A DNA stretch of 64,000 nt from Hyphomicrobium sp. (GTDB taxonomy: Bacteria > Pseudomonadota > Alphaproteobacteria > Rhizobiales > Hyphomicrobiaceae), in assembly GCF_020852195.1 (NCBI RefSeq), contig NZ_JADZBI010000137.1, positions 3,433 through 67,432 of the forward strand, written 5' to 3'. Shown one piece after another: positions 28,047 to 38,161 of the stretch. The notes beneath the pieces are model-generated. The model made no database searches, was not told the origin of the DNA, and worked only from the letters and a program-made list of their open reading frames with translations. Position 1 is the stretch's first letter. Each line of letters starts with the position of its first letter. Both the position numbers and the translations under genes were made by a program.

Positions 28047-29561
28047 ATGCCAAGCGGGGTCTATGATCTGGCGGTCGTCGGCGGTGGAATCAACGGTGCC
28101 GGCATTGCGGCCGATGCCGCCGGGCGCGGACTCAAGGTCGTGCTGTTCGAGAAGGGCGATCTCGCGAGCGGCACCTCGTCGGCAAGCTCGAAGCTCATCC
28201 ACGGCGGGTTGCGCTATCTCGAGCACTGGGAACTCCGGCTGGTGCGCGAGGCGCTTATCGAGCGCGAGGTTCTGCTCGCTCGGGCGCCGCACCTCATCCG
28301 CCCGCTGAGGTTCGTCATTCCGCATGCGGCCGGCATGCGCCCGCGTTCGCTCATGCGGCTCGGCCTGTTCCTCTACGACCATCTGGCCGCGCGACGGCGC
28401 ATCCCGGCGTCCGGCACCGTCGATCTCGCGCGCGATCCCGCCGGGCGGCCGCTGCGGGCCGCGTTTCAAGCCGGGCTCTCGTACTACGACTGCCTCGTGG
28501 ATGACGCACGCCTGGTCGCCATGGTTGCGATGGACGCGGCGGAGCGTGGGGCCGCGGTTCATACACGCACGCCGGTCACGCGCCTGGCGCGGCAAGGCGG
28601 CGTCTGGGAGATCACCGGTGAAGGGCCGAGCGGGACGATGGCCGTCGCGGCGCGCGTGCTCGTCAACGCGGCCGGGCCGTGGTGTGCGGAGGTGGCCGGT
28701 CTCGTCGGATCTCAAGGGCACGTACCGACTCTGCGGCTGGTGCGGGGCACGCACATCGTGGTGCCGCGTATCGACGGCGCCGAGGATGCCTATCTGCTGC
28801 AGAACCCGGATGGGCGCGTGGTGTTCGCACTGCCGTTCGAGCGTGCGTTCACGCTGATCGGGACGACGGAGGTCGATGTCACGCGGCCCGAGGACGGCTT
28901 TGCCGCCAGCGACGCCGAGGAAGCCTACCTGCTCGCGACGGCCGGGCGCTTCTTCTCGCACGCGCTGGCGAAGGACGACATCGTGTGGCGGTTCGCGGGC
29001 GTCCGTCCGCTGGTCGAGGACGGCGCGTCCCGTGCGTCCGCAGTCTCGCGCGACTATCGGCTCGACCTCGTGGCGTCTGAAGGGCAACCGCCCCTGCTCA
29101 ATGTCATTGGCGGGAAGATCACGACGTTCCGCCGTCTCGCGGAAGCGGCGCTGACGCGGCTCGCGCCTTTCTTTCCGGGCGTGGGAGCGGCCTGGACGGC
29201 GTATGCGCCCTTGCCCGGCGGCGATGTCGGCGCGGACGGGATCGAGGCGTACGGCGCGGATCTCGCGCGCCGGCATCGCGGGCTCTCGGAGGGCATGCTC
29301 AAGCGCCTCGTCTCGCTCTATGGTACGCGCGCCGAGCGCGTGCTCGGCGATGCCAAGAAAGATGCGGACCTCGGGCAGGCGATCGGCGGCGGCCTGACGG
29401 AGCGCGAAGTGATCTACCTGCGCGATCACGAATGGGCGCGTACGGCCGAGGATGTCCTTTGGCGACGCACGAAGGCCGGGCTCCATATCGGGGACGCTGC
29501 ACAGCGGACGCAGGCGGAGGCGATGCTTTCCCGCCTGCTTGCGAGCGCCGACGGGGCTTGA
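28047..29561 (+). CDS. glpD: FAD-dependent glycerol-3-phosphate dehydrogenase
   Basis: DLAVVGGGINGAGIA, GTSSASSKLIHGGLRYLE, GVRPL, GGKITTFR and DVLWRRTK. Confidence 0.95.
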   Translation: MPSGVYDLAVVGGGINGAGIAADAAGRGLKVVLFEKGDLASGTSSASSKLIHGGLRYLEHWELRLVREALIEREVLLARAPHLIRPLRFVIPHAAGMRPRSLMRLGLFLYDHLAARRRIPASGTVDLARDPAGRPLRAAFQAGLSYYDCLVDDARLVAMVAMDAAERGAAVHTRTPVTRLARQGGVWEITGEGPSGTMAVAARVLVNAAGPWCAEVAGLVGSQGHVPTLRLVRGTHIVVPRIDGAEDAYLLQNPDGRVVFALPFERAFTLIGTTEVDVTRPEDGFAASDAEEAYLLATAGRFFSHALAKDDIVWRFAGVRPLVEDGASRASAVSRDYRLDLVASEGQPPLLNVIGGKITTFRRLAEAALTRLAPFFPGVGAAWTAYAPLPGGDVGADGIEAYGADLARRHRGLSEGMLKRLVSLYGTRAERVLGDAKKDADLGQAIGGGLTEREVIYLRDHEWARTAEDVLWRRTKAGLHIGDAAQRTQAEAMLSRLLASADGA

Positions 29562-29563
29562 TC

Positions 29564-31855
29564 TCAGCCGGTGAAGCTGTCGCTCGAGGCGATCTCGAGG
29601 ATGCGCTGCTTCTTTCTGAGCCGGCTGGCGTCGAGCAGCATGCGCCCCGCCCAGCGGTAGACGTTGCGCGAGCTGACATAGGCCCGCATCAGCCGCATGC
29701 GCTCGTGCTGCTCCGCCTCCGGCATGATCAGCGCGCTGTGCAGCGCCTCGCCGGTGGCGTGCGTATCGTACGGATTGATGATCAGCGCCTCGGCCAGCTC
29801 GCGCGAGGCGCCCGCGAAGTGCGACAGCATGAGCACGCCGCGCTCGTCGTCGCGGGCGGCGATGAACTCCTTGGCGACGAGGTTCATACCGTCGTGAAGG
29901 CTCGAGACGATGCAGACATCGGCGGCGCGGAACAGCTCGAACACCTCCGCGGGCTCGTGGTGGCGGATGATCAGCCTTACCGGCGCGGGCGACACGTCGG
30001 CGTACTTGGCGTTGATCTGCTCGGCGAGCTCGGCCGCCTCGTCCTGTAGCCCCTTGTAGGTCGAGAGCTTGCTGCGCGTCGGCGCCGCCGCCTGGATCAG
30101 CACGAAGCGGCCGCGCCATTCGGGATGCGACTCGAGCAGCGTGTCGACGGCACGGGTGCGGTCGAGCACGCCCTTGGTGTAGTCGAAGCGCTCGATGCCG
30201 ACGGCGATCTTGGTGTCGAGCGGCAAGCCGAGCCGCTTGCGCACCGCCACCCGGCACTCCTCGACGCTCTTCTGATGCTCTAACGCCGCCGGCGGCCAAT
30301 CGATGGAGATCGGGTAGGGACGGACGAAGGTCTCATGCCCCTTGAGCGTTACCGATTCCTGCTCACGGTCGATGCGGCTCTCGACGAAACGGTCCACGGT
30401 CTCGAGGAAGTTGTTGCAGTGGAACTGCGTGTGGAAGCCGATGATGGTGGAGCCGAGGAGGCCGTGGATGATCTCCTCCTTCCACGGAAAAATGCCGAAG
30501 GTCTCCGCATTCGGCCACGGGATGTGCCAGAAGGTGATGATGGTCGCATCGGGCAGTCGCTCGCGCACCATGCGCGGCAGGAGGCCGAAGTGGTAGTCCT
30601 GGATCAGCACGATGGGCGAGGAGGTCTTGGCCTCGGCGGCGACGGCCTCGGCGAAGCGCTCGTTCACGGTGCGATAGGTGCGCCAGTCGGATTCGCGGAA
30701 AACGGGCCGGGTGAAGGCGATGTGGCAGAGCGGCCAGAGGCCCTCGTTGGCGAGGCCGTAGTAGTAGCCGTCCTGCTCCTCCTCGGAGACCCAGATGCGG
30801 CGCAGCGTGTACTCGGGATTGCCCGGCGGCACGGCGATGCGATCGTGCTCGTCGACAGTATCGCGGTCGGCCGTACCGCTGCCGTGGGCGATCCACGTGC
30901 CGCCGCAGGCGCGCATCACGGGCTCGACGGCCGAGACGAGGCCGCTCGCCGGCGTCTGCAGCTCGATGCCGTGCTCGCCGCGATTATGAATGTAGGGCTC
31001 GCGGTTCGCCACCACGAGCACCTCGACGCCGGGAAGCTCCGCCATCATGATCTCGCGCAGCGTGGTCTTGCTCCAGTTGGCCTGGTCGCGGTCGATGGCG
31101 GCCTGGCTCATCTCGAGTTGGCGCAGCACCTGGCGCACCTCGCGGTCCAGCGGACCGAAGCTCGCCGGCGCCTCGCTCCCCGGGCCCCGCGCCGTAGTGG
31201 CGCTCGTCACGGCCTGCTTGAACCTCTGCATCCAGTTGCGGATCAGATAGAGCACGAGGCCGATGGCAAGCGCGCCGCTGGCCAGGATGATGCCACCCAG
31301 CATCAGCGTAAGGTAGTTGCGTGCCTCCTGGCCGCGATGCTCGGCGAAGGTGAGATCCTGGACGATGATGAAATGGCTCTGCGGCGTTTCCGTCGAGATC
31401 GGAAACGCGCCGATCAACATGCGCCGTCCCTTGACGATGACGGACGAGAAGCTCTCCGAGTCCGAGCGCGCGATCTCCGCGCACGAGATCGACGGCGGCA
31501 TCAGACGCGTTGCATGGGAGGGCGGACCATCGCCGCCACGGCAGAGCGCGACGGCCACGACGCGGGGGTCGGTGGCAACACGCTCGAAGAGTGCGTTGAT
31601 CTGATCGTCCTGGCCGCCGGCCAACATGGCGGCGAGCGGCCCACCGACGGAGTTGAAGACGAGAGCGGCGCGCATCTCGACATCGCGACGCGACCAGTCC
31701 TCGACCAGCGATGTCACGAGCGGACCTAATAGCGTGATGGCGAGAAGCGCGATGCCGGCTGCGATGAGACCATAGCGCGCAGCGAGTTGCGCGGGCTGAC
31801 CCGCTACCGCCCGGAACGAAGGCCGACGCTCCCAGTAGCGCAGCAGAAAGTCCAT
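29564..31855 (-). CDS. otsA: Trehalose-6-phosphate synthase (GT20) with an N-terminal two-TM/periplasmic extension
   Basis: [41 protein letters not shown] and DGMNLVAKE. About 290 extra N-terminal residues with two hydrophobic helices. Confidence 0.9.
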   Translation of the reverse strand: MDFLLRYWERRPSFRAVAGQPAQLAARYGLIAAGIALLAITLLGPLVTSLVEDWSRRDVEMRAALVFNSVGGPLAAMLAGGQDDQINALFERVATDPRVVAVALCRGGDGPPSHATRLMPPSISCAEIARSDSESFSSVIVKGRRMLIGAFPISTETPQSHFIIVQDLTFAEHRGQEARNYLTLMLGGIILASGALAIGLVLYLIRNWMQRFKQAVTSATTARGPGSEAPASFGPLDREVRQVLRQLEMSQAAIDRDQANWSKTTLREIMMAELPGVEVLVVANREPYIHNRGEHGIELQTPASGLVSAVEPVMRACGGTWIAHGSGTADRDTVDEHDRIAVPPGNPEYTLRRIWVSEEEQDGYYYGLANEGLWPLCHIAFTRPVFRESDWRTYRTVNERFAEAVAAEAKTSSPIVLIQDYHFGLLPRMVRERLPDATIITFWHIPWPNAETFGIFPWKEEIIHGLLGSTIIGFHTQFHCNNFLETVDRFVESRIDREQESVTLKGHETFVRPYPISIDWPPAALEHQKSVEECRVAVRKRLGLPLDTKIAVGIERFDYTKGVLDRTRAVDTLLESHPEWRGRFVLIQAAAPTRSKLSTYKGLQDEAAELAEQINAKYADVSPAPVRLIIRHHEPAEVFELFRAADVCIVSSLHDGMNLVAKEFIAARDDERGVLMLSHFAGASRELAEALIINPYDTHATGEALHSALIMPEAEQHERMRLMRAYVSSRNVYRWAGRMLLDASRLRKKQRILEIASSDSFTG

Positions 31856-32104
31856 GTTCCGCGATATTTCAGGAGCCTCCCCTGACTGCAGCCCCCTCGC
31901 CCCAGCGAGCGATACCGTGAACGGAATTCCTTCCGTTGCGCGCGCATGCTGCGCGCTCGACCCTGGCAGGTCAACCCTTTGTGCATCCGAAAAGACGCGT
32001 GGTTGACATTGCTGCCGGAGTGATTCCGTCCGGGGCGCGATCTTGACTTGGCGCGTGCGAGGCCGTCTCGGCGTGCAAGGCGGGTGACACCGCGATGGCG
32101 GATC

Positions 32105-32130
32105 AAAAAAGAGCCGCGTTGTCGCGGCCC
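32105..32130 (-). terminator. Rho-independent terminator of the Gln-rich protein gene
   Basis: GGGCCGCG-ACAA-CGCGGCTC followed by TTTTTT on the minus strand. Confidence 0.8.
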
Positions 32131-32175
32131 GAGGTATCGCTGATTTTCTGCGTCTCTTATTCGCGCACAGTCGGT

Positions 32176-32397
32176 CTAGCGCTGCTGATCGCGGCGCTGG
32201 TCCTGGCCCTGGCGCTGCTCACCGCTACGGTTGTCCTCGGGATCGCCTGGCTGCGGCTTGCGATTACGCTGCTGATCCTGGCTCTGTTTGCCGGGTGCGT
32301 TGCGCTGCTGCTGGTCGCGGCGCTGATCCTGTTGATGCTGCTGATCACGCTGGGACTGGCCGCCCTGTTGACCGGGGTTCCGGTTCTCGTTTGCCAT
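32176..32397 (-). CDS. Small Gln/Arg/Asp-rich hydrophilic protein, probably a disordered stress protein
   Basis: AAGGAG RBS, its own EcfG-type promoter and terminator, and QDQRRDQQ repeated twice. Confidence 0.8.
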   Translation of the reverse strand: MANENRNPGQQGGQSQRDQQHQQDQRRDQQQRNAPGKQSQDQQRNRKPQPGDPEDNRSGEQRQGQDQRRDQQR

Positions 32398-32436
32398 AGG
32401 GACGTCTCCTTTGTTCTGGGGGTCGTGCGCCTATTG

Positions 32437-32462
32437 AACGTCCACCGACAAAGAATGGTTCC
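32437..32462 (-). promoter_or_regulatory. EcfG-type general stress promoter
   Basis: Exact GGAAC-N17-CGTT match on the minus strand, about 40 nt upstream of ATG 32397. Confidence 0.7.
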
Positions 32463-32492
32463 ACGGCATTGTTTTTTCAGTATTTTCCGTCG

Positions 32493-33920
32493 TCAGTTGC
32501 GGGGGCCTTTGCCGCCGATATCCTCGGCCAGGGGCTCGGACGGCGCCGTGCCCGTGGCGCGGTTGATGTACACGGTTGCGATCCAGAGCGCGATGCCGAT
32601 GGCGATGAGCGCCCCGGCGACCTGGTACTCGACGGGGTTACGGCCCGTCCAAGGGCCTGCGAGAAACGCGCAACTCGCGGCACCCAGCACGGGAAGCGCT
32701 GTCGGCGTGCGGAAGTGCTCGTGCTCGACGGTATCACGCCTCAGTACGAGAACGGCAACGTTGACGATCGTGAAAACACAAATGAGGAGCAGCGCGGTCG
32801 TGCCGCCGAGCGCCGGCACCTCGCCAACGAAGGCGATCAGCGCGAAAGCAAGAAGCGTCGTAAAGGCGATAGCGATGTACGGCGTGCGCCGCGCCGGGTG
32901 CACCTTGCCGAGCAGCGGCGGGAGCACGTGCTCGCGGCTCATACCGTAGACGAGACGGCTCGCCATCAGCATGTTGATCAGCGCGCTGTTGGCGACGGCG
33001 AACATGGTGATGAAGCCGAAGAGGCCGAGTGGGAAGCCCGGCGCGCCAGCGGCGACCACCTTGAGCAGCGGCGTCTCGCCCTCGCCGAGCTCATCGGGCG
33101 GCACGAGCGTGATGGCCGAGATCGAGACCAGCAGATAGATCGTGCCGGTGATCAGGAGGCCGAGCAGCAGGATCTTCGGGAAGGTGCGCACCGGATCCTT
33201 GGTCTCCTCGGCCATGTTGACGCTGTCCTCGAAGCCGACCATGGCGAAGAAGGCGAGCGTGGTTGCGGCGATAGCCGCCCACACCGCGCCGCCCGCCCCT
33301 TCGCCGGCCTTGAACTCGAGGACGCGCGAGAAATCGCCATGGCCGCCGCCGATGGCCCAGAGCCCGATGACGATGATGATCAGCAGGCCTGTTAGCTCGA
33401 CGCAGGTCAGAAGCACGTTGAGCTTCACACTCTCGCCGACTCCGCGCAGGTTGACCGCGGCGATCGCCGTCATGAAGAGCAGGCCGACCAGCGTGATGCC
33501 GACGCCGCCGGCGAGGCCCAAGCCGAACGCGTCCGAAAGGTTGGCAGCGAAGGCGCGTGAAGCGGTGGACGCCGACGTGATGCCCGACGCCATGACCGCG
33601 AAGGCGACGAGGAAGGTCACGAAGTGGATGCCGAAGGCGCGGTGCGTATAGAGGGCGGCGCCTGCGGCGCGAGGATACTTGGTGACCAGCTCGAGGTAGC
33701 TGAAGGCGGTGAGCAGCGCCACGCCGAAGGCCATCAGAAAGGGAAGCCAGACAGCCCCGCCGACGAGGTTCGCCACCTTGCCGGTGAGCGCATAGATGCC
33801 GGTGCCGAGGATATCGCCGACGATGAAGAGGAGCAGCAGCCAGGGTCCCATGACCCGATGCAGGCTCGGCTCGGCGTGCCCTTCGGGCGTGCCGTGCTCG
33901 CGGTCGTCGGCAGGTTGCAT
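32493..33920 (-). CDS. APC family amino acid permease
   Basis: About 12 TM helices. IVGDILGTGIY, AFSYLELVTKYP, FFAMVGFED and SRLVYGM. Confidence 0.92.
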   Translation of the reverse strand: MQPADDREHGTPEGHAEPSLHRVMGPWLLLLFIVGDILGTGIYALTGKVANLVGGAVWLPFLMAFGVALLTAFSYLELVTKYPRAAGAALYTHRAFGIHFVTFLVAFAVMASGITSASTASRAFAANLSDAFGLGLAGGVGITLVGLLFMTAIAAVNLRGVGESVKLNVLLTCVELTGLLIIIVIGLWAIGGGHGDFSRVLEFKAGEGAGGAVWAAIAATTLAFFAMVGFEDSVNMAEETKDPVRTFPKILLLGLLITGTIYLLVSISAITLVPPDELGEGETPLLKVVAAGAPGFPLGLFGFITMFAVANSALINMLMASRLVYGMSREHVLPPLLGKVHPARRTPYIAIAFTTLLAFALIAFVGEVPALGGTTALLLICVFTIVNVAVLVLRRDTVEHEHFRTPTALPVLGAASCAFLAGPWTGRNPVEYQVAGALIAIGIALWIATVYINRATGTAPSEPLAEDIGGKGPRN

Positions 33921-34051
33921 CAGCTTCTCCCCCGTTCCCTCAAGCGGTTAACGAGCCTCGCAACTCGCTCACCCGGGGTCAACAGCGCTCGACGGCTCTT
34001 TTTTTAGGCGTCCTGCCCAGATCGCATTAACCGCGGTGGCCACAGCCACGA

Positions 34052-34077
34052 AACCCCGCCGCATCATCTTGCGTTCC
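34052..34077 (-). promoter_or_regulatory. EcfG-type promoter variant for the APC permease
   Basis: GGAAC-N17-GGTT on the minus strand. Confidence 0.45.
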
Positions 34078-34138
34078 GTTAGGATCGGGACCACAACATC
34101 TTGGTCCCGTCTTTGTCGCCTCTTGAGAGTGTTGCGTC

Positions 34139-35002
34139 ATGCCCAACGCGGCCCGTGCCTACTGGAAGGGTTTCCTCAGACTGTCGCTCGTCACCATCGG
34201 CGTCGAGATCTACAACGCCGTCGAGTCCAAGGCGGACATCAGCTTCCGCCAGATCCACAAGCCGTCCGGAAAGCGTGTCAACTACGAGAAGGTCGTGCAG
34301 GGGATCGGCAAGATCGACAGCAAGGACATCGTCAAAGGCTACGAGGTCGACAAGGACACCTACGTTACCCTCGATCCCGAGGAGGTCGATGCGGTCAAGC
34401 TCGAGAGCAAGAAGACAATCGACCTCGTGCAGTTCGTCGACGCCCGCGACATCGACTACCGCTACTTCGAGCGTCCCTACTTCATCGCACCGACGGACGA
34501 GCTCTCGGGCGAGGGCTATGTCGTGATCCGCGAGGCGCTGCGCAAAACCGGCAAGGTGGGGCTCGCACAGGTGACCATCTCCGGGCGCGAGTGGCTGGTC
34601 GCCATCGCCCCGCTCGAGGACGGTCTGGTGATGGAGATGCTGCGCTACGCGGACGAGCTTCGGAAGCCCGAGGACTTCTTCGACGAGGTGCCGGGCACCA
34701 AGCCCGACCGGGAAATGGTGGACCTCGCCGTGCAGCTCATCGAGAAGAAGTCGAGCGCGTTCAAGCCAGAGAAGTTCGAGGATCACTATGCGTCCGCCCT
34801 CAAGGCGCTGATCCAGGACAAGCTCAAGGGGCGCAAGATCGTCGCCCACGAGCAGGAGCGGCCGCAGGGCGGCAACATCGTCGACCTCATGGAGGCGCTG
34901 AAGAAGAGCGTCGGGGCGTCGTCCACGAAGACGAGCTCGCCCAAGGGGGGCTCGTCATCGGCCAAGTCCAAACCCGCGCGCGGCAACAAGAAGCGGGCCT
35001 AG
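34139..35002 (+). CDS. ku: NHEJ DNA end-binding protein Ku
   Basis: RAYWKGFLRLSLV, IVKGYEVDKD, YFERPYF and NIVDLMEALKKS, with a basic tail. Confidence 0.95.
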   Translation: MPNAARAYWKGFLRLSLVTIGVEIYNAVESKADISFRQIHKPSGKRVNYEKVVQGIGKIDSKDIVKGYEVDKDTYVTLDPEEVDAVKLESKKTIDLVQFVDARDIDYRYFERPYFIAPTDELSGEGYVVIREALRKTGKVGLAQVTISGREWLVAIAPLEDGLVMEMLRYADELRKPEDFFDEVPGTKPDREMVDLAVQLIEKKSSAFKPEKFEDHYASALKALIQDKLKGRKIVAHEQERPQGGNIVDLMEALKKSVGASSTKTSSPKGGSSSAKSKPARGNKKRA

Positions 35003-35046
35003 CGGTCAGGATTGAAACGCTTCGGCAGTCCGCGGGTTGACGAGAG

Positions 35047-36621
35047 ATGGCAAGGCAAAAGAAAAAGCTCTCCGCGTACCGCGCCAAGCGCGACTTCACG
35101 AAAACCGAGGAGCCGAGCGGCCTCGAGGCCGTCCGCGGCGCCGAATACCCCCGCTTCGTCGTGCAGAAGCACGACGCCACGCGGCTGCACTACGACCTGC
35201 GCCTCGAGATGGACGGCGTATTCAAGTCCTGGGCGGTAACGCGGGGGCCCTCGCGCGATCCGGCCGACAAGCGGCTGGCGGTCGAGGTCGAAGACCATCC
35301 GCTCGACTACGGCGACTTCGAAGGCACCATCCCGAAGGGCGAGTACGGCGGCGGCGCCGTCATGGTGTGGGACCGCGGCTTCTGGCTGCCAGAGGGCGAC
35401 AAGCCCGCGCGCGAAGCGCTCGCCGACGGCGACCTCAAGATCCTGCTCGCCGGCACCAAGCTCAAGGGAAGCTGGGTGCTCGTGCGCATGAAGCACGATC
35501 GCATGGGCGGCAAGCGCACCAACTGGCTGCTGATCAAGCATCGCGACGAATACGCCAAGTCCGGCGACAAGGATGCGCTGCTAAAGGATGATCGGTCCGT
35601 GGCGTCGGGGCGCAGCATGGCGGAGATCGCAGCCGGCAAGGGCAAGAGCCCGCAGCCGTTCATGCTCGGCGGCCGGTCGGCCTTCAAGCCCAATGCGGTC
35701 TGGCACTCGGACGGGGACGACCCCGTGCTCGGCGTGACCATCACCAAACCGGACAAGGTGCTGTGGCCAGCCACCAAGAGCGAGCCGGCCGTGACCAAGG
35801 CCGACCTGGCGCGCTATCTCGCGACGGTGGGGCCGTGGATGCTGCCGCATATCGCGGGCCGGCCCTGCTCCGTGATCCGTGCACCGGACGGGATTACGGG
35901 CGAGACGTTCTTACAGCGCCACGCCATGCGCGGCACGTCCGACCACATCACGCTGGTACGCATCGCCGGCGACCGGGAGCCCTATATCCAGATCGACAAC
36001 GTCAAAGGACTGATCGCCATGGCGCAGGCGGCGGCGCTCGAGTTCCATCCCTGGAACTGCGCCCCGAACGCGCCAACCGTTCCGGGGCGGCTGGTATTCG
36101 ACCTCGATCCTGGGCCGGACGTCGCCTTCGACGGCGTGGTGGTGGCGGCGAACGAGATGCGCGGACGGCTCGAGAAGCTGGGCCTCGTCCCCTTCTGCCG
36201 GACGACCGGCGGCAAGGGATTGCATGTCGTGGTGCCGCTCAAGACGGATCGCAACGACAAGCTCGGCTGGGACGACGCCAAGACGTTTGCGCACGCGGTT
36301 TGCGAGGGCATGGCGCACGACAACCCCAACCTTTACGTGACCACGATGCGCAAGGCGCTGCGGCGCGGAAAGATCTTCCTCGACTATCTGCGCAACGACC
36401 GCATGGCGACGGCGGTGGCGCTGCTCTCGCCGCGGGCGCGGCCCGGGGCGCCGGTGGCGATGCCGCTGACGTGGGCGCAAGTGCGCCGCGGGCTCGACCC
36501 GATGCGGTTCACGATGCGCACGGTGCCGGGCCTCATCAAGACCTCGAAGGCATGGGCCGACTACGACAAGGCGGCGCGCCCGCTCAAGGGCGCCATCCGC
36601 AAGCTCGTGGACGGGAAATGA
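35047..36621 (+). CDS. ligD: LigD phosphoesterase plus polymerase domains, lacking a ligase domain
   Basis: PE domain: [28 protein letters not shown] domain: [33 protein letters not shown]. No KxDG ligase motif. Confidence 0.9.
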   Translation: MARQKKKLSAYRAKRDFTKTEEPSGLEAVRGAEYPRFVVQKHDATRLHYDLRLEMDGVFKSWAVTRGPSRDPADKRLAVEVEDHPLDYGDFEGTIPKGEYGGGAVMVWDRGFWLPEGDKPAREALADGDLKILLAGTKLKGSWVLVRMKHDRMGGKRTNWLLIKHRDEYAKSGDKDALLKDDRSVASGRSMAEIAAGKGKSPQPFMLGGRSAFKPNAVWHSDGDDPVLGVTITKPDKVLWPATKSEPAVTKADLARYLATVGPWMLPHIAGRPCSVIRAPDGITGETFLQRHAMRGTSDHITLVRIAGDREPYIQIDNVKGLIAMAQAAALEFHPWNCAPNAPTVPGRLVFDLDPGPDVAFDGVVVAANEMRGRLEKLGLVPFCRTTGGKGLHVVVPLKTDRNDKLGWDDAKTFAHAVCEGMAHDNPNLYVTTMRKALRRGKIFLDYLRNDRMATAVALLSPRARPGAPVAMPLTWAQVRRGLDPMRFTMRTVPGLIKTSKAWADYDKAARPLKGAIRKLVDGK

Positions 36622-36631
36622 CGGTTGCCCT

Positions 36632-36910
36632 TCAGCGTCCGCGCCAGAGGAAGATGGTCAGCGCGGCGCCGAGAATGGCCACGACATAAAGAAGAACCGA
36701 GGGAAGGAGGCCCAGGATGACGCCAACGTGGAAGCCCATGAACGAGCCGGCGATGCCGACCAGACTGTAGGTCACGTCGCCCGCGCCGGTCGCATCGGCG
36801 ACCTGGCGTCCGAGCCAGCTTCGTCCCCTGCGATTGAACAGAAGCCCGACGATAATGCCGATGGCGACAAGAATGATGAACGTCAGAATGGCCGTGGTGA
36901 CGATGGGCAT
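36632..36910 (-). CDS. Transglycosylase-associated (GlsB/YeaQ/YmgE-like) small membrane protein
   Basis: Three hydrophobic segments, VGIAGSFMG and AILGAALTIFLWR. Confidence 0.7.
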   Translation of the reverse strand: MPIVTTAILTFIILVAIGIIVGLLFNRRGRSWLGRQVADATGAGDVTYSLVGIAGSFMGFHVGVILGLLPSVLLYVVAILGAALTIFLWRGR

Positions 36911-36953
36911 GGCAGTCCCCTTCCACATGAAGCGCGCACAGGCGCTTATGACG

Positions 36954-36979
36954 AATGCTGACGGGCTTGCATGAGTTCC
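36954..36979 (-). promoter_or_regulatory. EcfG-type promoter variant
   Basis: GGAAC-N17-CATT on the minus strand, upstream of ATG 36910. Confidence 0.45.
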
Positions 36980-38017
36980 GTTGAGAAGGAGACGCGGCGC
37001 AGGCCGAACGCGCCGACGCGCGCTGCGCGAGACAGCGCGACCGCGCTGGCCGGCCGTACGCCCGATCGGATGCCGTCGTTCGTGCCGCCGTGTCTGGCCA
37101 CGCTCACCGACGCGCCGCCCGAGGGCGCGGACTGGGTGCACGAGATCAAGCTCGACGGCTACCGGCTCGAGGCGCGCATCGTGAATGGAGACGTGCGGCT
37201 GCTCACGCGCAGCGGCCTCGATTGGACAGGGCGGTTCCCGTCGATCGCCAAGGCGCTCAAGGGGCTGAAGGTCAAGAACGCGCTCATCGACGGCGAGGCG
37301 GTGGTCGAGGATGCGCGCGGCGTGACAAGCTTCGTCAAGCTGGTCGAGGCGCTCGAGACCGGCCGCTCCCAGGACATGGTGTACGTGGCGTTCGACCTCC
37401 TCTACTACGACGGCGTCGACGTCACGCCGGCGGAGCTGGGCGACCGCAAGCTCCTGCTCGAAGCCGTCATGAAGCGGAGCCGCTCGAAGCACCTGCGCTA
37501 CAGCGCGCACATTGCCGGCGACGGCGGCGTAGTGCTCAAGGAGGCCTGCGTGCTTGGGCTTGAAGGCGTGATCTCAAAGCGCGCCGACCGCCCGTACCGG
37601 TCCGGCCGCAACGGCGACTGGCTCAAGTCGAAGTGCATCCAGACCGACGAGTTTGTCATCGGCGGATACCTCGTCTCGAGTGTCGACGCCAGGGCGGTAG
37701 GAGCGCTGGCGGTCGGCACGTTCGAGCGTGGGCGTCTCGTCTACGCCGGACGCGTCGGCACCGGGTACACGAACGCCACTGCGCGTGCGCTGTGGAAGAC
37801 GCTGCAGCCGCTCAAAACTGCGGCCGCCCCGTTTGCCGGGGCGCTCACGGCTCCTCAGCGGCGTGGCGTCGTGTGGGTTAAGCCGGAGCTCGTGGCGCAG
37901 ATCGAATACCGGGCGCTCACCGGCGACAACCTGCTCCGCCACGCGGCCTTCAAGGGCCTGCGCGAAGACAAGCCTGCCGCCGAGGTCCATCGCCCGTCCG
38001 TACACCCGCGGAAATAG
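36971..38017 (+). CDS. ligD: Stand-alone LigD-type ATP-dependent DNA ligase domain
   Basis: HEIKLDGYR (adenylated Lys), LIDGEAV, AFDLLY, EGVISKR, WLKSKC and OB-fold YAGRVGTG...LRHAAFKGLREDK. Confidence 0.9.
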   Translation: MSSVEKETRRRPNAPTRAARDSATALAGRTPDRMPSFVPPCLATLTDAPPEGADWVHEIKLDGYRLEARIVNGDVRLLTRSGLDWTGRFPSIAKALKGLKVKNALIDGEAVVEDARGVTSFVKLVEALETGRSQDMVYVAFDLLYYDGVDVTPAELGDRKLLLEAVMKRSRSKHLRYSAHIAGDGGVVLKEACVLGLEGVISKRADRPYRSGRNGDWLKSKCIQTDEFVIGGYLVSSVDARAVGALAVGTFERGRLVYAGRVGTGYTNATARALWKTLQPLKTAAAPFAGALTAPQRRGVVWVKPELVAQIEYRALTGDNLLRHAAFKGLREDKPAAEVHRPSVHPRK

Positions 38018-38161
38018 CGCAACTTGGTGCCACACACTGGTGCCGTGCCGGAAACGCAGCGTTTGCCGCAACCCCTTGCTATCGGCGCCGCGTTCCCCAT
38101 TTGGCGGGCTTACACAGACCCCCTGCGCTTCTGCAGGCTCGGTCGGAAAGGAGTGAGCCCC

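Noticed and set aside
34085-34110. EcfG promoter for ku (GGGAC-N16-CGTC)
   Set aside because: It has mismatches in both elements and coincides with a GGGACCA/TGGTCCC hairpin, so it is too weak to call.
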